This document shows positions 52,101 through 64,000 of a stretch of 64,000 nucleotides of DNA, one piece after another (the first letter of the stretch is position 1; each line of letters opens with the position of its first letter). The notes beneath the pieces are model-generated. The model did no database searches and had not been told where the DNA came from. It saw only the letters and a list, made by a program, of their open reading frames with translations. Source of the stretch: Lingula anatina (lineage: Eukaryota > Animalia > Brachiopoda); assembly GCA_051362555.1 (NCBI GenBank), contig CM120641.1, forward strand, positions 13,888,001 to 13,952,000, given 5' to 3'. The position numbers and the translations under genes were made by a program.

Positions 52101-55100
52101 GATTGCTGGCTGTCACAGTGACTGAGTAGTTGCCAATCTCTTGGAAGGTGTGGTTCAAAAAACCACTCAATCCTGTACATAAAAGACAAAACAATTAACC
52201 AATGTGGGCATATTTTGAAAGTAAGAAATTTTAGATATTCTCCTTAAATAAGCTAAATAAGTGTACAGTATAGCAAGACTCAAATGACAGTTTACATTGT
52301 TACACAACGACAATGATACAAAATAATCCAGTGATTAACAAAAGCAGAGTCACATTTTTGATTTACAGCATGTAAAACAAATAAAAAAACAACAAAATAA
52401 TTATACTGGGGTGATTAAAACAGAACAAAAGGATAGCTGATGCAAAAATTTGTTCAGTGAGAAAGAGTATGTGACACATGATATAACACTACCCAGGTTT
52501 TCTGCCACAACAGCATTGTTGGTCTCATCATGAAGCAACTGGACTGTGGCGCCATCACTCATCACAAAGTCCCAAGTCACATTGGTGCCTATACAAAATC
52601 ATTGAAATAAAATCATAAAACGAGCAATGAAATCAATTAAATCATCAAAACAGATAGTACGGTTATTTGGTTAAAAGAGCTGAAATGCATATACTGAAAG
52701 CCTGAAAAATGGATGTATTTTAAAGCTGTGCTTTCAGAAGACCAGTGCAATGACAATGCAATGATATTGATTTACTATCATTCTGTACATGAATGAATTA
52801 TAACAAAGAAGGTTTTAATAGACCACGATCTCTCTTGGATTTATAACATGCAGTGAAAAGGACATACCCTGAGCAATCTCAAATGTCACCTTTGATGGCT
52901 GTGTCAGAACTGAAGCTACTTGTTGTGATGTAAGTGTTAAATTTTCAATGGTGTCTTGAATGATGATTTCTTGCTGAAAACAATGATGGATAAAATAAGT
53001 TATCACTGTTTATTTTCTAGCATTGCAATGTGCACAAGCAATGCCAAATTGAACATAAACTTTGATATTGTATATACCTGAAAATTATTCAACAACTTCA
53101 GATTTATCTTACCTGACATGATGCAGAGCTAATGTCATTGTAAGCATACATGGTGACATTGTACACTCCTGCTGTGGTCCAAACATGGGTCATCTCGCGC
53201 ACATTATAGGTGACATTGTACGAATCATCACCAAAGTGCCATTCATAATACACCTTGTTGCCTGGATGAGGTGGAATGGACAATCTCACCACCCCATTAG
53301 TAGGTTCTGAAATTACAGCAGCCAAATGTCATCAACACTTTATTTTATTAAATACACAGTGTTAATTTACCAATATTAGACATCTGAATTTTTGTTTACT
53401 GGGTATATTAAAAGATTACAACTAACTGAAATCTAAGACTTTTTCTGTTCTTGGCCAAGCGCAAGTTGTGCAATGTTCCCCAAATACAAAATGACTTTTA
53501 AAACATACAATAACATTCTAAATATTGAAATCAATAATGATAAAAGAAAACAAAATATTTAACATATCTAATTACCTGATTCGTTGAACACCATACAGAC
53601 ATTGGCCACTTTAGCCTGCACATCAATTAGACAAGATACTGTCTCCTGAGTTGCATTAGCCCCAGTGTGACGGTTTCTCACAGTGAGGGAGACATTCTTG
53701 GAAAGATTGGCATCGGAATAAGAATGAGAACGCCTCCCTGTAACATTCCTTGTCACAACAGCTTGGACATGGTGGTAAAATGTTTCTGAAGCCTCTGACC
53801 CTGACAGAGTGTAACCGCCTGTTGTACGCGTGCCGAACCCAGTCCCACTATTATGGAATCTCTGAATGACACCCACTGAGGAATCTGAGATAGCAATGGT
53901 GACTGCGCTGGGCTGGTAAACTGCAATGACATCTCCAGGTTGGACGGCGATGTATTCGTCCTTGGGTAGGCTGAATGTCTGCACTCCTTGCTGAGAAACA
54001 GTGATCTGCGTTTCGGCAACAAAATCAAATGTCGTGAGTCCGCTCCAAGCTGCAGGTCTGACGGGCACTAGAGGCTCTGCGTCAGAGGGACAGGCTCTCT
54101 TGTGAAGGTCAAACTTGGCTGTGCACTGTCTGCGCCAAATACTGGTCTCTGCATTGCAGTTGGCAGTTTCACTGATACACGTGTATGACCGTAAGCAAAA
54201 TTTGTTTCCAGAAGTGCATGTGGGCCTGAAGACCTGTAAAAAATGGACATTTTTAAGTCTGCTATGAAAACCGTTTTGATGACAATTTAGCTCAACATGT
54301 TCTCACTGGTTACCAAATGGCATTTGAACTATCAAAACCAGAGCCAAAATTAATTTGATTCATCATAAATATCCACACAAATGCCTGTCATTTTCCCATT
54401 TACATTAAAGACTTACCTGGAAGTACACATCTCCATTTGCGATGCTGTTATATTTCCATCTGGTTATGTAGCCATGGGTCTTAAAGATGTAGTTCTTTTG
54501 AAAGTAAATTTTAGCTGCTGACTGACTTGTAGCAGCAGCTGGTATGTCAACTAAGCCAACCTTTACTTCTGCAGCATCTGGAAACCATATATAAAAGTGT
54601 CTTCTTCCATCCTTTTTTTGCCTCCAAAGAAATTATTTTCTTTCCTAATCTTATTATGAAACTTAACGAAAGATGCACAGTGCAAAGTTCCTTGTTAAAA
54701 CCTGCTTAAACTTTTACAAGATATACATGTAGCTCTGCTGTAGTCATGTGCATTATCAACTTAATGAAGGGTAAATCTTATGGTAAAGCTAGAAAGCCTA
54801 TGACCTATGGTTGCACATTAAAGAGATAAAAATGCATTTGAGAATGTTAGCTTTCAAAGGCACCATACCTTGAATGTGGAACTCTAGAGGGGCATTGCCA
54901 TCATCCATATTCAGGGCCACATCCATGTTGGTACCAAATGGCACGTCAAATGTCACATTGAACTCTTCTCCCTGGGCCACATGAAGAGGGCAGCTGATAT
55001 TTGTGCCTGACACAGGGGTGTGAACCTAGGGAAGAAGCAGAATGATCTCCAAGTAATTGGCTTCTGAATCAATACAATCAAAGTCATATGAAATCCAATT

Positions 55101-58100
55101 ATGGCAAACAAACTTTTGACAAGACATATATTTTGCAGCCTATACCATCTCAGATAATTTAATTGCTTAAAAAGTGGAGCATTACATTACATTACACCAA
55201 AATGGCTCTATTTGAAGTGACACCAATTATTTTTCAAAGGCATTTTAAAGCCTAAATGGCTATGGGCAATTTAGCTAGAAGGTAAATTTATACATTTAAG
55301 AGGATTTGTACTTTGTTTTCATTGTTGTTCGAGTGTAATTATGATAAAAAGTAACTTTCTTTTTAAATTACTTAATGTTTTTTTTTTTCTACCTATGAGC
55401 TCATAGTGATGTGGCAGTTACGTGATCAAGGTCCTTTGATGAAGGTTTGTAACAAAATGCATCATAGGAAGAAAAAAGTTTAATATCTTAATTGCTTAAT
55501 CTGATAAACCATTCAGTTTTTTGTAAACCTGACTCAATTAATGTTACTAAAAGTAAAACCATTTGAAAATGGATATGAATATATATAAAACAAATAAAAA
55601 ATAAAAATTACAAATATACTGAATAAATTAATTCTTACCGTCACTTTTTTGGTGGCCACGGCAGTCTTGCCATAATCATCATATGCTTGTACCAGGACCT
55701 TAGAAGATCCTTGCCTGCAGAACACATGGTTGACAATTCCCCCTACAGTGTCATTGAGAAAGTGGGGCGAGGAGTTGCAGTCATCACTAACTTCCACTAC
55801 ATAATCTACTACAGCACCAGCTGTGTTGTTCAGTTCAATGGCCACTGAGACCCCTCTCTCCACCATGGCTTGAAGAAAAAATGTGAAAGCTTGTCTTATA
55901 ATATTATCTGTAATTTTTCAATAAAATGATGGTACTGACCCCATTCCCCTGGTTTGAGCTCCTGTCCCAGGCTGAGAGGTCCTAATATAAATTGAAATAC
56001 TACATGTACTGGTATTTGGATTCTCTTGGCCTTTTTATATAATAGCTTTTACATGTTCTGGTAGTAGTGGAATCTAAAATAATAAAGGACTGAAAGGCAT
56101 TTCCTAGATTTAATATACTCATGACAGTTTCTTTTCATCAATGATATTGATTAACTGTAAAACGTTTTACACCAGTAGATGCTATCACTGAGATGAACCA
56201 CTTGGCAAATGGTTGCTCTACTATTATTAGCACGAAAATTCATGCGTTAGCACTCCTATTGACGATTCTGATATCAGATGTGAGAATATCACAATCGTCA
56301 ATAGGAGTGCTAACGTATGAATTTTCGTGCTATACTATTATCTGTATGTGTAGTAGGCCTACTGCGATGTGGTTGTTCCGCATGGCCAGAAATGTGCAGC
56401 GTTCACGCGATACGCGAGGGCGCAACAGTAGGGCTTCACGTGACTCAACTAACCAATCACAGCACAAGAATGTCATCGCACACAGACTCTGTGATAAGTG
56501 CTCAGCCCATTGTCAAGTAGTGTTAGTTCATGGTAACAAGCGTCTGATATGTGCAGAGAAGTTTATTATTATAATATTATAATATTATAATATTGTTCTT
56601 ATTGTTACATTATTAAATCAAACTCTGTATCCAAGTAGTAACTATACTGTGCCAAGTCAGGTGCTGATGATGTGCAGATGTCATATATTCCAGTATAAGC
56701 CATTACCACTGATTTATAACTTTTATTTTTGTTTAATATGTTATTCGTGAAAGAGTTCATGAAAGATTATTTTAATTTGTTAAATCGTGATCTTATTCTT
56801 TTTATATTCAAATAATTGAATAATGTGGGTAAAATTGGTCTTCCACTTCTTATTTGCATTTTTCCTTTACTACAAGATTATTTTGGAACAGTTGCAGCAT
56901 TAAAAATTTAAATAAATAGCAATCTGAAAGAAGAATTTTCCATAATTATTAAATGACGATAGGAATTTTGGATTAAGAGATTATTTAAATACTGAGTAGT
57001 GATATGGTCAGTCAATTTATGTAGAATCTGATAATATGATTGAAAATACTGATTGAATTCTTGGCCTTGCACTGGGCAGTTGTACATTTGTGGCAAGTGC
57101 TCTTTTTGGACTCCATTGTACAGTGGTAAAAAATCTTCAATTGCCATGAAAGTTTTTCATCAGACTCTGTATGGTGCTGCTATCTGCTGGTGCTATCGGC
57201 AACGAATTAATTTGCCTTTGTTTCTGAGTGAATTTACCGTCTAAAATCACTATCAGTAGGACACATACTGTCGATGCGGAGTGATATAACGTCGTTTTCT
57301 CGCGCCAGGACGTAACGTCGGGCTCAAATTTTGTAAAAATTTTAACTTGGTCGAAGAATAGCTATATACTCTAAATAAATGCACACTTAGCAAGTCTAAT
57401 ACGATATTATGATTGTTGGGTATATAGACTTCATATTCATGTACACTTCTATTGAAATTATGTAGTTTAGAGCGAGCTTGCGTTCGTCAAAGTCGCACTG
57501 AGCGGTAAATTTTGACCTTGGCAACACCGTAACTTTGGCCACTATTCCTCAACTAGAGAGTGTGCGGGAAATTCCGGATAAGAGATAACGTATCTTTTAA
57601 TCAATATTGTATGTATACAAAATCATTAAAATCCATCTTTGGAAAAAATTGTTGCAGAATTTTTTGTACCAAAAATCGTGCAAAATCCAGGTTTTTGCGT
57701 CATCCATGACCCAAGACGGGCCCAACTCGGCGTTTGTTTACATTTGCAGATGTACTTTATTTTGGCGATTATCACCGGTTATTTTGGATATTATTACAGT
57801 TTTCAATCGATAGTCAAACAATGCGTGTCAGTTTTATATCTAACTTGTAAATTTAATATTGTTGCACCTTCTTTTTCTATGCCCTACTACCGGTACATGT
57901 ACCTTGCATATGTTTCAATGTTACTTATGAAATTATGTGGGTAATTGAACATTTCTGAGTCCAAAACTTAAGTTTAAAATAAAACAAAGTTGTTTTTCTT
58001 TATTTTGCACAGACAAATTCATCGTTTCTTAAATGAATATTATAAAGGGTTAACAACTGTTTTTATGAGATTCACATTTAAGAATAAATAGTGTAAAGAA

Positions 58101-58588
58101 CCCATAGGAATTAATACAATATATATTCCATTTTACCACCAAAATGGTAGTTTTCGCAATTATTTTGGAAACTGTTCTTGCCATCTAATCACATGGTGGC
58201 TGTACTCTGTAATAATCTTTTGAAATATTAAAATAAATTAAAAAATTACAGTACAGACTAATTTTGAATGTCAAAACTGATTCAGTACCCCAGTAACTAT
58301 TGGTAAGAAGGGGGAAATTGTCATTTACTCCAGGAGAATCCATTTTGGGCTGATATGAACAGTTACCTCTTTTATATTCAATAAAAAATAGAGGGTAAAA
58401 AAACAACAGGATATAATTTTATTTTCAAAACAATGGTACAAGTATACATGCACAGGAAGTCCATATGCATGGGCGCTAGTAAGAATTCACAAAGTGTGTA
58501 AAAATGTAAAAAATACATAAATAAAAATTTCCAAAATTAATATAAAATTTCCACTTTCATTGCACTAGGTTGAACTTAATGACTTTCC

Positions 58589-58626
<38 letters not shown>

Positions 58627-61600
58627 AAGAAATTTTCATACATGTTCCATCTTCAAATGCATTATCTCAAAATACATTAGCTATCCTTTTAAGACTTAAA
58701 ATAAGAGAAAAATATGCTGATCACCAAGGACAATTTATGTCTTTATTCAAAACAGTTTCATATGCTCGTATTTGATATCTAATATTAAAATATGGGAATA
58801 CACTGTATGTAACTTGCTTCCTAAAAGGGCTCTACCTGTATTTGTGAACACCAGGCATTATATACTGGATATAAATGGATGTGGACTGTAAATATATTCA
58901 AAATACCTCTTTTACTATTCTGACATTTTTTTTCTTTTTAAATTCTTGTTTGAATGTGAAAAGCAGCCTGGCTCCTGGGAGTCCAATTAGAAAAAATGTG
59001 TCCATAATAACACTTGTTTGCAACACTGCCATCCAATTATCTTAAAGAAATACCACCAAAGTCATATTTCTTTTTAAAAATTCAATTTTTTATGTTTCAA
59101 AAAATGTAAGTGCTGCCAAAGAATACTTTGATAACCAATTTTCACTAAGGGCTTGGTGACAGTTTTTTTAATATGACTAATAGGAATGCATGATAATGCT
59201 GCGGCATATCATCGTGATCACTTTTCAGGGCACTTCAAAGCCTGGCAGAGATTCTGTAATATCTGAAAAAACTGTTCTTCTTTTATCTGGAAAAGAAAAT
59301 CAGAATAAATTCAGAATTTACAATTCCATGCAACTAAAAGTAAAAACAATCTGTTTACACCCCTTTTCAATATATAGGTCAATTTAACATAAAAAAAAAA
59401 TTGACTAACAATGAGTGAGGGTCGGAAGATATGTCCAAGTGGTACTTAACTAACACAAGTCTAGGAACTCACATAATAAAATAATAGACACTGGCTTTAT
59501 CTTTTTTCATACAGAAAACAGAAAATGGATTATATTTTAAACCTTTATTACTGTTGCTCTTAGAACCATATGACATTCTCCAATAGATCTACTTCATTTT
59601 AACTTAAGTAAAAAATCTACAACTTCAACAGTAAGCGAGTATGGTGTATAAATGTCTCAACTTTCATTTTTATACCTGTGCTAGCAAGTCATTGATTTTG
59701 AAATTTTCAATGATTTATAAAATAAACCCTACACTTTCAAATGGACCTTTATACTAAAAATGAGTGTTAACTGATCATGAAAAAAGCTCATAGTACATAA
59801 ATACTTTTACCATTCTACATGTATATCCAAACATCCTTTTCCTTACATCAATGTTAGAAAGTTTTTAGATTTTTATCAGCCTGAAAAAAAGACAAGGGAA
59901 ATGTTAAATCTTGCCAAATACTCCCCTGATCTATTGCTAATTATTACAAATAAAAGGTGATGTATTCATAATTCAATCAATATATACAACTCTCAAGCAC
60001 ATTATCTATGCTTCACATGACAGGTGCTCGCAATGCTACGTTATACAGCTACAGTACACGTACGTACTAATTAAGGCACATATGTCGTTATGTAATATTA
60101 GTATTCTAAATAACACTAGATCAAAAGTTATTATTAAACTGAACTGTAGTCGGAGTTAGATTACTCTGAATGAGCCTGCGTCGGTCACACGGTGCACATT
60201 TTAACAACAAATCTACAAGATACAATGTATAACAAATGTGTTTGATTATGTACAGTATGTAGTGGAGCGAAACTAGCACATTTCTCGTAATAAAAAACAT
60301 TTATATATATTTTAAAATCTAAATAATTTGCATACGTACCTGATAATGAGTCTCTGACATGCTATAAATATGTGGGTTCCATATTTCAGCAAGGATAAAA
60401 ATCATAACTTGCCGCACAACCTACTTCACCTGTCCCTGCCTCGTGGTAAATTGCGGGGTTTCGTTGGAAAGCACCTCAGTTCACCTCTCGTTTAGTGGGC
60501 GGGATTTCGGTAAATTTACTAAATTTGTATTAAGTTTTTGGTCTTTGATTAAAGAAATGTTTATTCTGTTTCTTAAACTTATATTTGACTTAATATGGGT
60601 CTATAAAGGTGCATTTTAGCACCCAAATCTGCGCGTCACATGATTTGTATCACATGACTTTTTTGAACTTCCACAGTTCAAGGTCAAAAAAATACTGTCG
60701 TAGCAAGTTATGGAACATCATTGCTTTGCGTGAAAATTGAGGTTAGTCACTAACTTTTTTGGATGAATAAACGTAATTTTAAGTTCGGGAAATGAATGAG
60801 ATGTGCACTCTTATCGGAGGTGCCTCAGGGGAGAAATTTTGCTCTGTTTTTTCACAACTTTTCGGATTTTCTGTCGAGACTTCTTAACCAGAGAGTGTGC
60901 GGGAAATTCCCTTCAAAATCGAAAACCTGGATATATATTCGACCATTTTATTAATTTTAAGCCAATTTCGTATTTGGAAACAATTTCCTCGCAATATAGT
61001 CCCTCGCTATACAAAAGCATTTTCGGACACGTAAAATTTTCAGTTTTCTTGATTCGGAGAGAAATAATTGTAACTCTGTACAGTGCATTGACAAAAGCTT
61101 ACAGTTTTTCAATAGACGGATAACTCTTCGTTTAGTCTCTAAAATATGGAAAGTCAATTCACTGTAGTTTTTTCGCACAGTTTATTTATTTCAGACGTAC
61201 GCATTTTTCATCGCGCCGCTTTTTTGGCGCTATTTCGTGACGCGGACGTGCCAAAAAATCCATGACGTTTCAAATCACACCTAAATCCTGACAGTATGTG
61301 TCCTACTGTATTACTGAAAATATTTGCGTTTTGCTGAGGGCAGGCTAGGCAATATACGGCAAACTTCTTAGTACGTGTGTACAACAGAATTTTTTTAAAA
61401 ACCCTAGCGATTTTTGGTCAGGAGTTGCTTGAAGCATAGCACAGCGTTTCTGTCTATCGGCATCAGGCCGTTAGTTTGTCAATTCTCACGAATTACCGAC
61501 GAATCGCGAACCCATTCATTTTCCTATGGCAATCTAGCAACTCATTAAAAATGCACGCATGCGCAGTGGGTTAGGCGTGACGTCATGCAGTGCATTTCTG

Positions 61601-63360
61601 GGGATGGAGATATAGGCGGGTTCCAAAATATCAATAACGAATGTATAACCAGTATAAAACACAAGAAAAAAATACTTACCAGGCAAGTTAGCGATAGTAA
61701 CAAGCTTAACAGATACGGAACTGTTGTACACGGACAAGTACGTCGGTGTTCCGACCGACCCTCCGCACATTTCGCTGCTGTCTCCGACGCAGGGCACATC
61801 ACACGACGCTGAAACTGCTGGTCCTGATCCGCCATAGCTGTTGGAACAGGAGCACATCTTGCCGTTCCATAGTCCTGCATAGCTAAAGATCAAGTGTCAA
61901 AGTATAATATTATATGAGTTATCAAGCAGACTAAGCTTCTAGCAGCTATTGATATATGGCGGTAAAATGCCTTGGTTTATCGAGACGCCCCCGGTTTGAC
62001 CAATCAAATTGCACCTTCAAAAAGACGGACCCTGGGTGGCAGGGGGTTAGGTAGGATGACAAGGGTTGCAAAGTTGCCTTTTTTGCATTTCTACAAATGA
62101 ACGGCTCTGATATTGCAAACACATTCAACATATGAACAGATAACATGAGATATTGAGAGCAAAAGTAGGCCTACCAAATCTTCAACCAATGCATTCGACG
62201 GGGCGGATTGGTTTTTATGGAAGGGCCGCGGTGGGTGGTAGTGAGGGAGTGGAGTAACACGAAAATCCATGCGTTAGCACTCCTATTGACGATTCTGATA
62301 TGTAGGCCTACTGGTTTTTAGCACAGTATGCCCGAGGCTGTTAAATTATTCGGACTCAAGTAGGCTGTGCTAGGACAGATATAACAGGGGCAGATCCAGG
62401 GACAGGTTTTAACGAATGACAGGCCGCGGATGCGAAGCCGACTCTGCCCCCCCCCCCTTCTTGGCGTGGGGTCAGTGGGCCCCGAAAATTATTGGTATTT
62501 TAGAGGGTGAACGGTGCCATTTGATACTGATTAGAACTATGATTCAGCTAGGCAAAATTCTAATTTCAAAAGGGGACCATAGGTGTGATTTTTTTTTTCA
62601 GAAATCGAAGGAGGGGGGATCAGGACCTCCCCAACACCCCCCTAAAGCTGCCACTGTATAAAATAGGCGTAGAAAACTCGTGTGCGGTAGAATTAACGAA
62701 TGATTTTCGCTTTTCGAGGCGCAGTCGTGTTTGGAGAAAGAAAGCTTTTTCGAGTGTGCTGCTTACGATTTTCACGAGCTTTTTTTTTCCAGTCGGTTTG
62801 AGAAAACCTTCTTACGATGGTACGCGGCTTCCCCTTCTAGGCTATCGGCTGAGACAGAGGAAGTTACCCTCCTCCCAATTCATCCACTCGAAATCTCAGC
62901 TGAATATCCATAGTTTCTTTTTTTTATTTTTGTTTTTATTTTTGATTTTTGTCAATTATTTATTTTTTTCTTTTATTTATTTGTTTTGGTATAACTTGCG
63001 CGCATGGATAATTCTGAAAATGCAGCGTTTGTAATTCGGTATTATATGTCTCAGTGAAAACGGATTTATATATCAAATGCCATTTGTCTGTTGCTTTTTT
63101 AAAAAGTTTTTCAAGTTTTTGGAGGTACTTATGATAGAAATACCTCACAGGTTTAGAAATGCTGTTTATCTTCTTGCACTTTTTTTGTGTAGACATTTAC
63201 CGTTAACCAGAACATAAGGAGGCCTATACTTACAGAAATCCAGCTTCTTCACATTGCACTTGGCAAAGTTTCGTCGTCATTGCGTTTTTGGAGGGCGAGT
63301 GTCCTATGACAACCTTAAATTCGCTTGATTTGACATCTCGGGGGTAGCAACCAAGCAAAG
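25824..63360 (-). CDS. Polycystin-1-like (PKD1L/REJ family) receptor-channel, about 40 coding exons, 5' end beyond the window
   Basis: Exons 5' to 3': 63234-63360 and 61680-61882 (WSC: LLGCY..CQVQC..YAGLWNGKMCSC..CDVPCVGDSSEMCGG); 55639-55868, 54869-55025, 54417-54577, 53576-54233, 53113-53306, 52868-52973, 52493-52588, 49116-52172 (PKD repeats, WxFGDG-like motifs); 48681-48935, 48222-48387, 47871-47969, 47231-47436, 46765-46962, 46406-46536 (REJ: DASNSYDPD, INEPPRAGNC..P..G.ALET); 40108-40288, 39487-39650, 38779-38904, 38469-38580, 38137-38171, 37381-37422, 36815-36944, 36566-36660, 35282-35937, 34941-35008, 34556-34659, 34000-34158 (GAIN/GPS); 33502-33675 (TM1, WARKQD); 32886-33130 and 32439-32571 (PLAT); 31373-32170, 30509-30901, 30108-30279, 29688-29801, 29250-29528, 28675-28838, 27756-27914, 27316-27571, 26555-26827 (TMs, TOP domain, polycystin channel); 25824-25978 (stop TAA). 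A further short exon at 63754-63781 (VLWDAASST) fits the phase. Confidence 0.92.
27186..27272. repeat. (TA)n microsatellite
   Basis: Read directly. Other simple repeats: polyA 1576-1619, (CA)n about 16363-16404, (TTTA)n about 18277-18320, (GA)n about 19794-19832, 20095-20133 and 63395-63428, (AAT)n about 20946-21010 and 40054-40101, (TG)n about 21175-21212. Confidence 0.95.
28002..28442. mobile_element. Degenerate Helentron/HINE-like relic
   Basis: The left motif aagcacttgagtagagtgcagatttctgccgagg and the right motif catctctggcagaggt form an asymmetric inverted pair, with (TA)n and (CA)n tracts inside. Confidence 0.3.
31113..31326. mobile_element. Harbinger-like MITE, copy 1
   Basis: TAA TSD and termini GACCCCGTTCCCAGA ... 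TCTGGGAATACGCCC. The interior matches 46171-46395. Confidence 0.8.
32439..33130 (-). CDS. PLAT/LH2 domain exons of the polycystin-1-like gene
   Basis: YLYELLVYTG..GGTTAKV..FERGGVDCFL..PLGQLAHIR|VWHDNSGKSPSWFFSR..FFICDRWFAVEEDDG. Confidence 0.92.
32564..32722. repeat. 42-bp minisatellite, about 3.7 units, overlapping a splice acceptor
   Basis: Unit GCCACACCCTGTATTATATCAAGTCAAACTGTTAT(A/C)AAAGTT at 32564, 32606 and 32648, with an internally deleted unit at 32690. Confidence 0.9.
36031..36241. mobile_element. MITE with a poly-G tract
   Basis: Inverted repeats GGGTAGGGAATACC / GGTATTCCCTACCC with TATA flanks. Confidence 0.6.
39215..39288. repeat. Compound (TG)n(CG)n microsatellite
   Basis: About 23 TG units followed by about 8 CG units, then (TGCG)n. 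The tract alternates purine and pyrimidine without interruption. Confidence 0.9.
40730..41482. repeat. 146-bp tandem repeat array, 5 units (outer element)
   Basis: AGGTCAAAGGTCA starts at 40795, 40941, 41087, 41233 and 41379, a period of 146. Confidence 0.95.
42217..45549 (-). mobile_element. Non-autonomous Helitron2/Helentron element, inner copy nested in the outer copy
   Basis: Same termini as the outer copy (CTAGAGGATCAGAGAGGCGATACCGCCT ... GCTGGTGGTACAA). Removing it restores TTCCAA^TAATATTATTGG, the same junction seen intact inside the inner copy at 45072-45089. Confidence 0.8.
42420..44568. repeat. 146-bp tandem repeat array, 15 units (inner element)
   Basis: The anchor motif occurs at 42423 and 42567, then every 146 bp to 44465. 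The repeated ORFs at 42701, 43285 and 44015 are artefacts of the array. Confidence 0.95.
46171..46395. mobile_element. Harbinger-like MITE, copy 2 (about 10 bp from a splice donor)
   Basis: TTA TSD and termini GGGTGCATTCCCAGA ... TGGGAATGGGGTC. Homologous to 31113-31326. Confidence 0.8.
49116..52172 (-). CDS. Giant (about 3.06 kb) exon of the polycystin-1-like gene: tandem PKD domains and the start of REJ
   Basis: 1027-aa ORF with repeated H.Y...G.Y.VT..A.N motifs (IDYQDG, LDYGDG, ISFGDG, WNLGDG) and the REJ start (LTIPPNTLPYGCYKFTLNVSM). Bounded by AG and GT. Confidence 0.9.
56228..56332. mobile_element. Hairpin MITE (about 105 bp, TA-flanked); half-copy at about 62258-62301
   Basis: Near-perfect inverted repeat TAGCACGAAAATTCATGCGTTAGCACTCCTATTGACGATT / AATCGTCAATAGGAGTGCTAACGTATGAATTTTCGTGCTA. 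Confidence 0.8.
57254..61308. mobile_element. Non-autonomous TIR DNA transposon of about 4.05 kb, superfamily uncertain (possibly Academ-like)
   Basis: Perfect 19-bp TIR CAGTAGGACACATACTGTC / GACAGTATGTGTCCTACTG with TAT on both flanks. Subterminal regions are CpG-rich, and the direct repeat AGAGTGTGCGGGAAATTCC occurs at about 57557 and 60892. No long ORF. Confidence 0.75.
62385..62656. mobile_element. Short CAG..CTG TIR element (hAT-like MITE)
   Basis: Termini CAGGGGCAG ... CTGCCACTG, with C- and G-runs inside and TATAA on both flanks. Confidence 0.45.
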
Positions 63361-63390
63361 CTGGAATCATTCATAAAAATATGTACCTGG

Positions 63391-63431
<41 letters not shown>

Positions 63432-64000
63432 ACTGTATGCTCCTATTGACAGAAAAATTCATGTAACACGTCCTCTTAATTGTATGTGCATTCTTGTCAA
63501 ATAGCTGTTTGAATTGATTTAAGAAAAGTAAGTGAAAAAAATAAGAATGTTTCCTTTATCCTATATTTTTCCCGTTCCTTTTTTTTTTATCGAATCCAAA
63601 CCGCTTTTTGACAAGAACGTGACCGTAAGCTTTTTAAAACAGGCGAAAGGAAAACAAACGCCTGTTATCAAGACTTGTTTAGATCCTTAGTTATTAAACC
63701 AATTCCGTTTAATCACTCCTGGAAAGATTGTAAAATATTTTGAAATCACTTACTTGTTGAACTGGCGGCATCCCACAGTACCTGAAAATATAGAGTGCGA
63801 TATGAAACTGTATACAAGTTACAACATAAAATGTCGCCGTGGCGGGGTGAATGTGTTGGGTGGGAGAATCAAGACCCAAATTGCATTAGATGAGACCGAA
63901 ATATATCCACCATTCTTGTATCAGCATTTCTTGCCAAACTTTAACCTGAAGGTTATTTGTTATTGAAATTTGTGAGTTTGAGGAGATTTGGTTTGTGTTT

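Noticed and set aside
50522-52129. Several plus-strand ORFs up to 189 aa
   Set aside because: These are antisense shadows of the large polycystin exon with no independent features.

Overview
AT-rich, intron-containing animal genomic DNA. The repeat types and gene content suggest a marine invertebrate, but the taxon cannot be fixed from sequence alone. Four spliced genes were reconstructed by hand: (1) a soluble inorganic pyrophosphatase (minus strand, 3' end runs off the window start) with an in-frame upstream mitochondrial-type presequence; (2) a UPF0489/C5orf22-family protein (minus) with an N-terminal signal anchor; (3) an N-acetylneuraminate lyase-like gene (plus), head-to-head with gene 2 and with one GC-AG intron; (4) a >38-kb polycystin-1-like gene (minus; WSC, PKD repeats, REJ, GAIN/GPS, TM1, PLAT, polycystin channel) whose 5' end lies beyond the window. 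The introns hold many non-autonomous DNA transposons. The most notable observations are a Helitron2/Helentron-type element nested precisely inside another copy of its own family, 20 x 146-bp internal repeats packed with nuclear-receptor half-sites, a 36-aa insertion directly after the GPS His-Leu cleavage motif of the polycystin, and a minisatellite that duplicates a splice acceptor. All coordinates were read by eye and no database searches were run.
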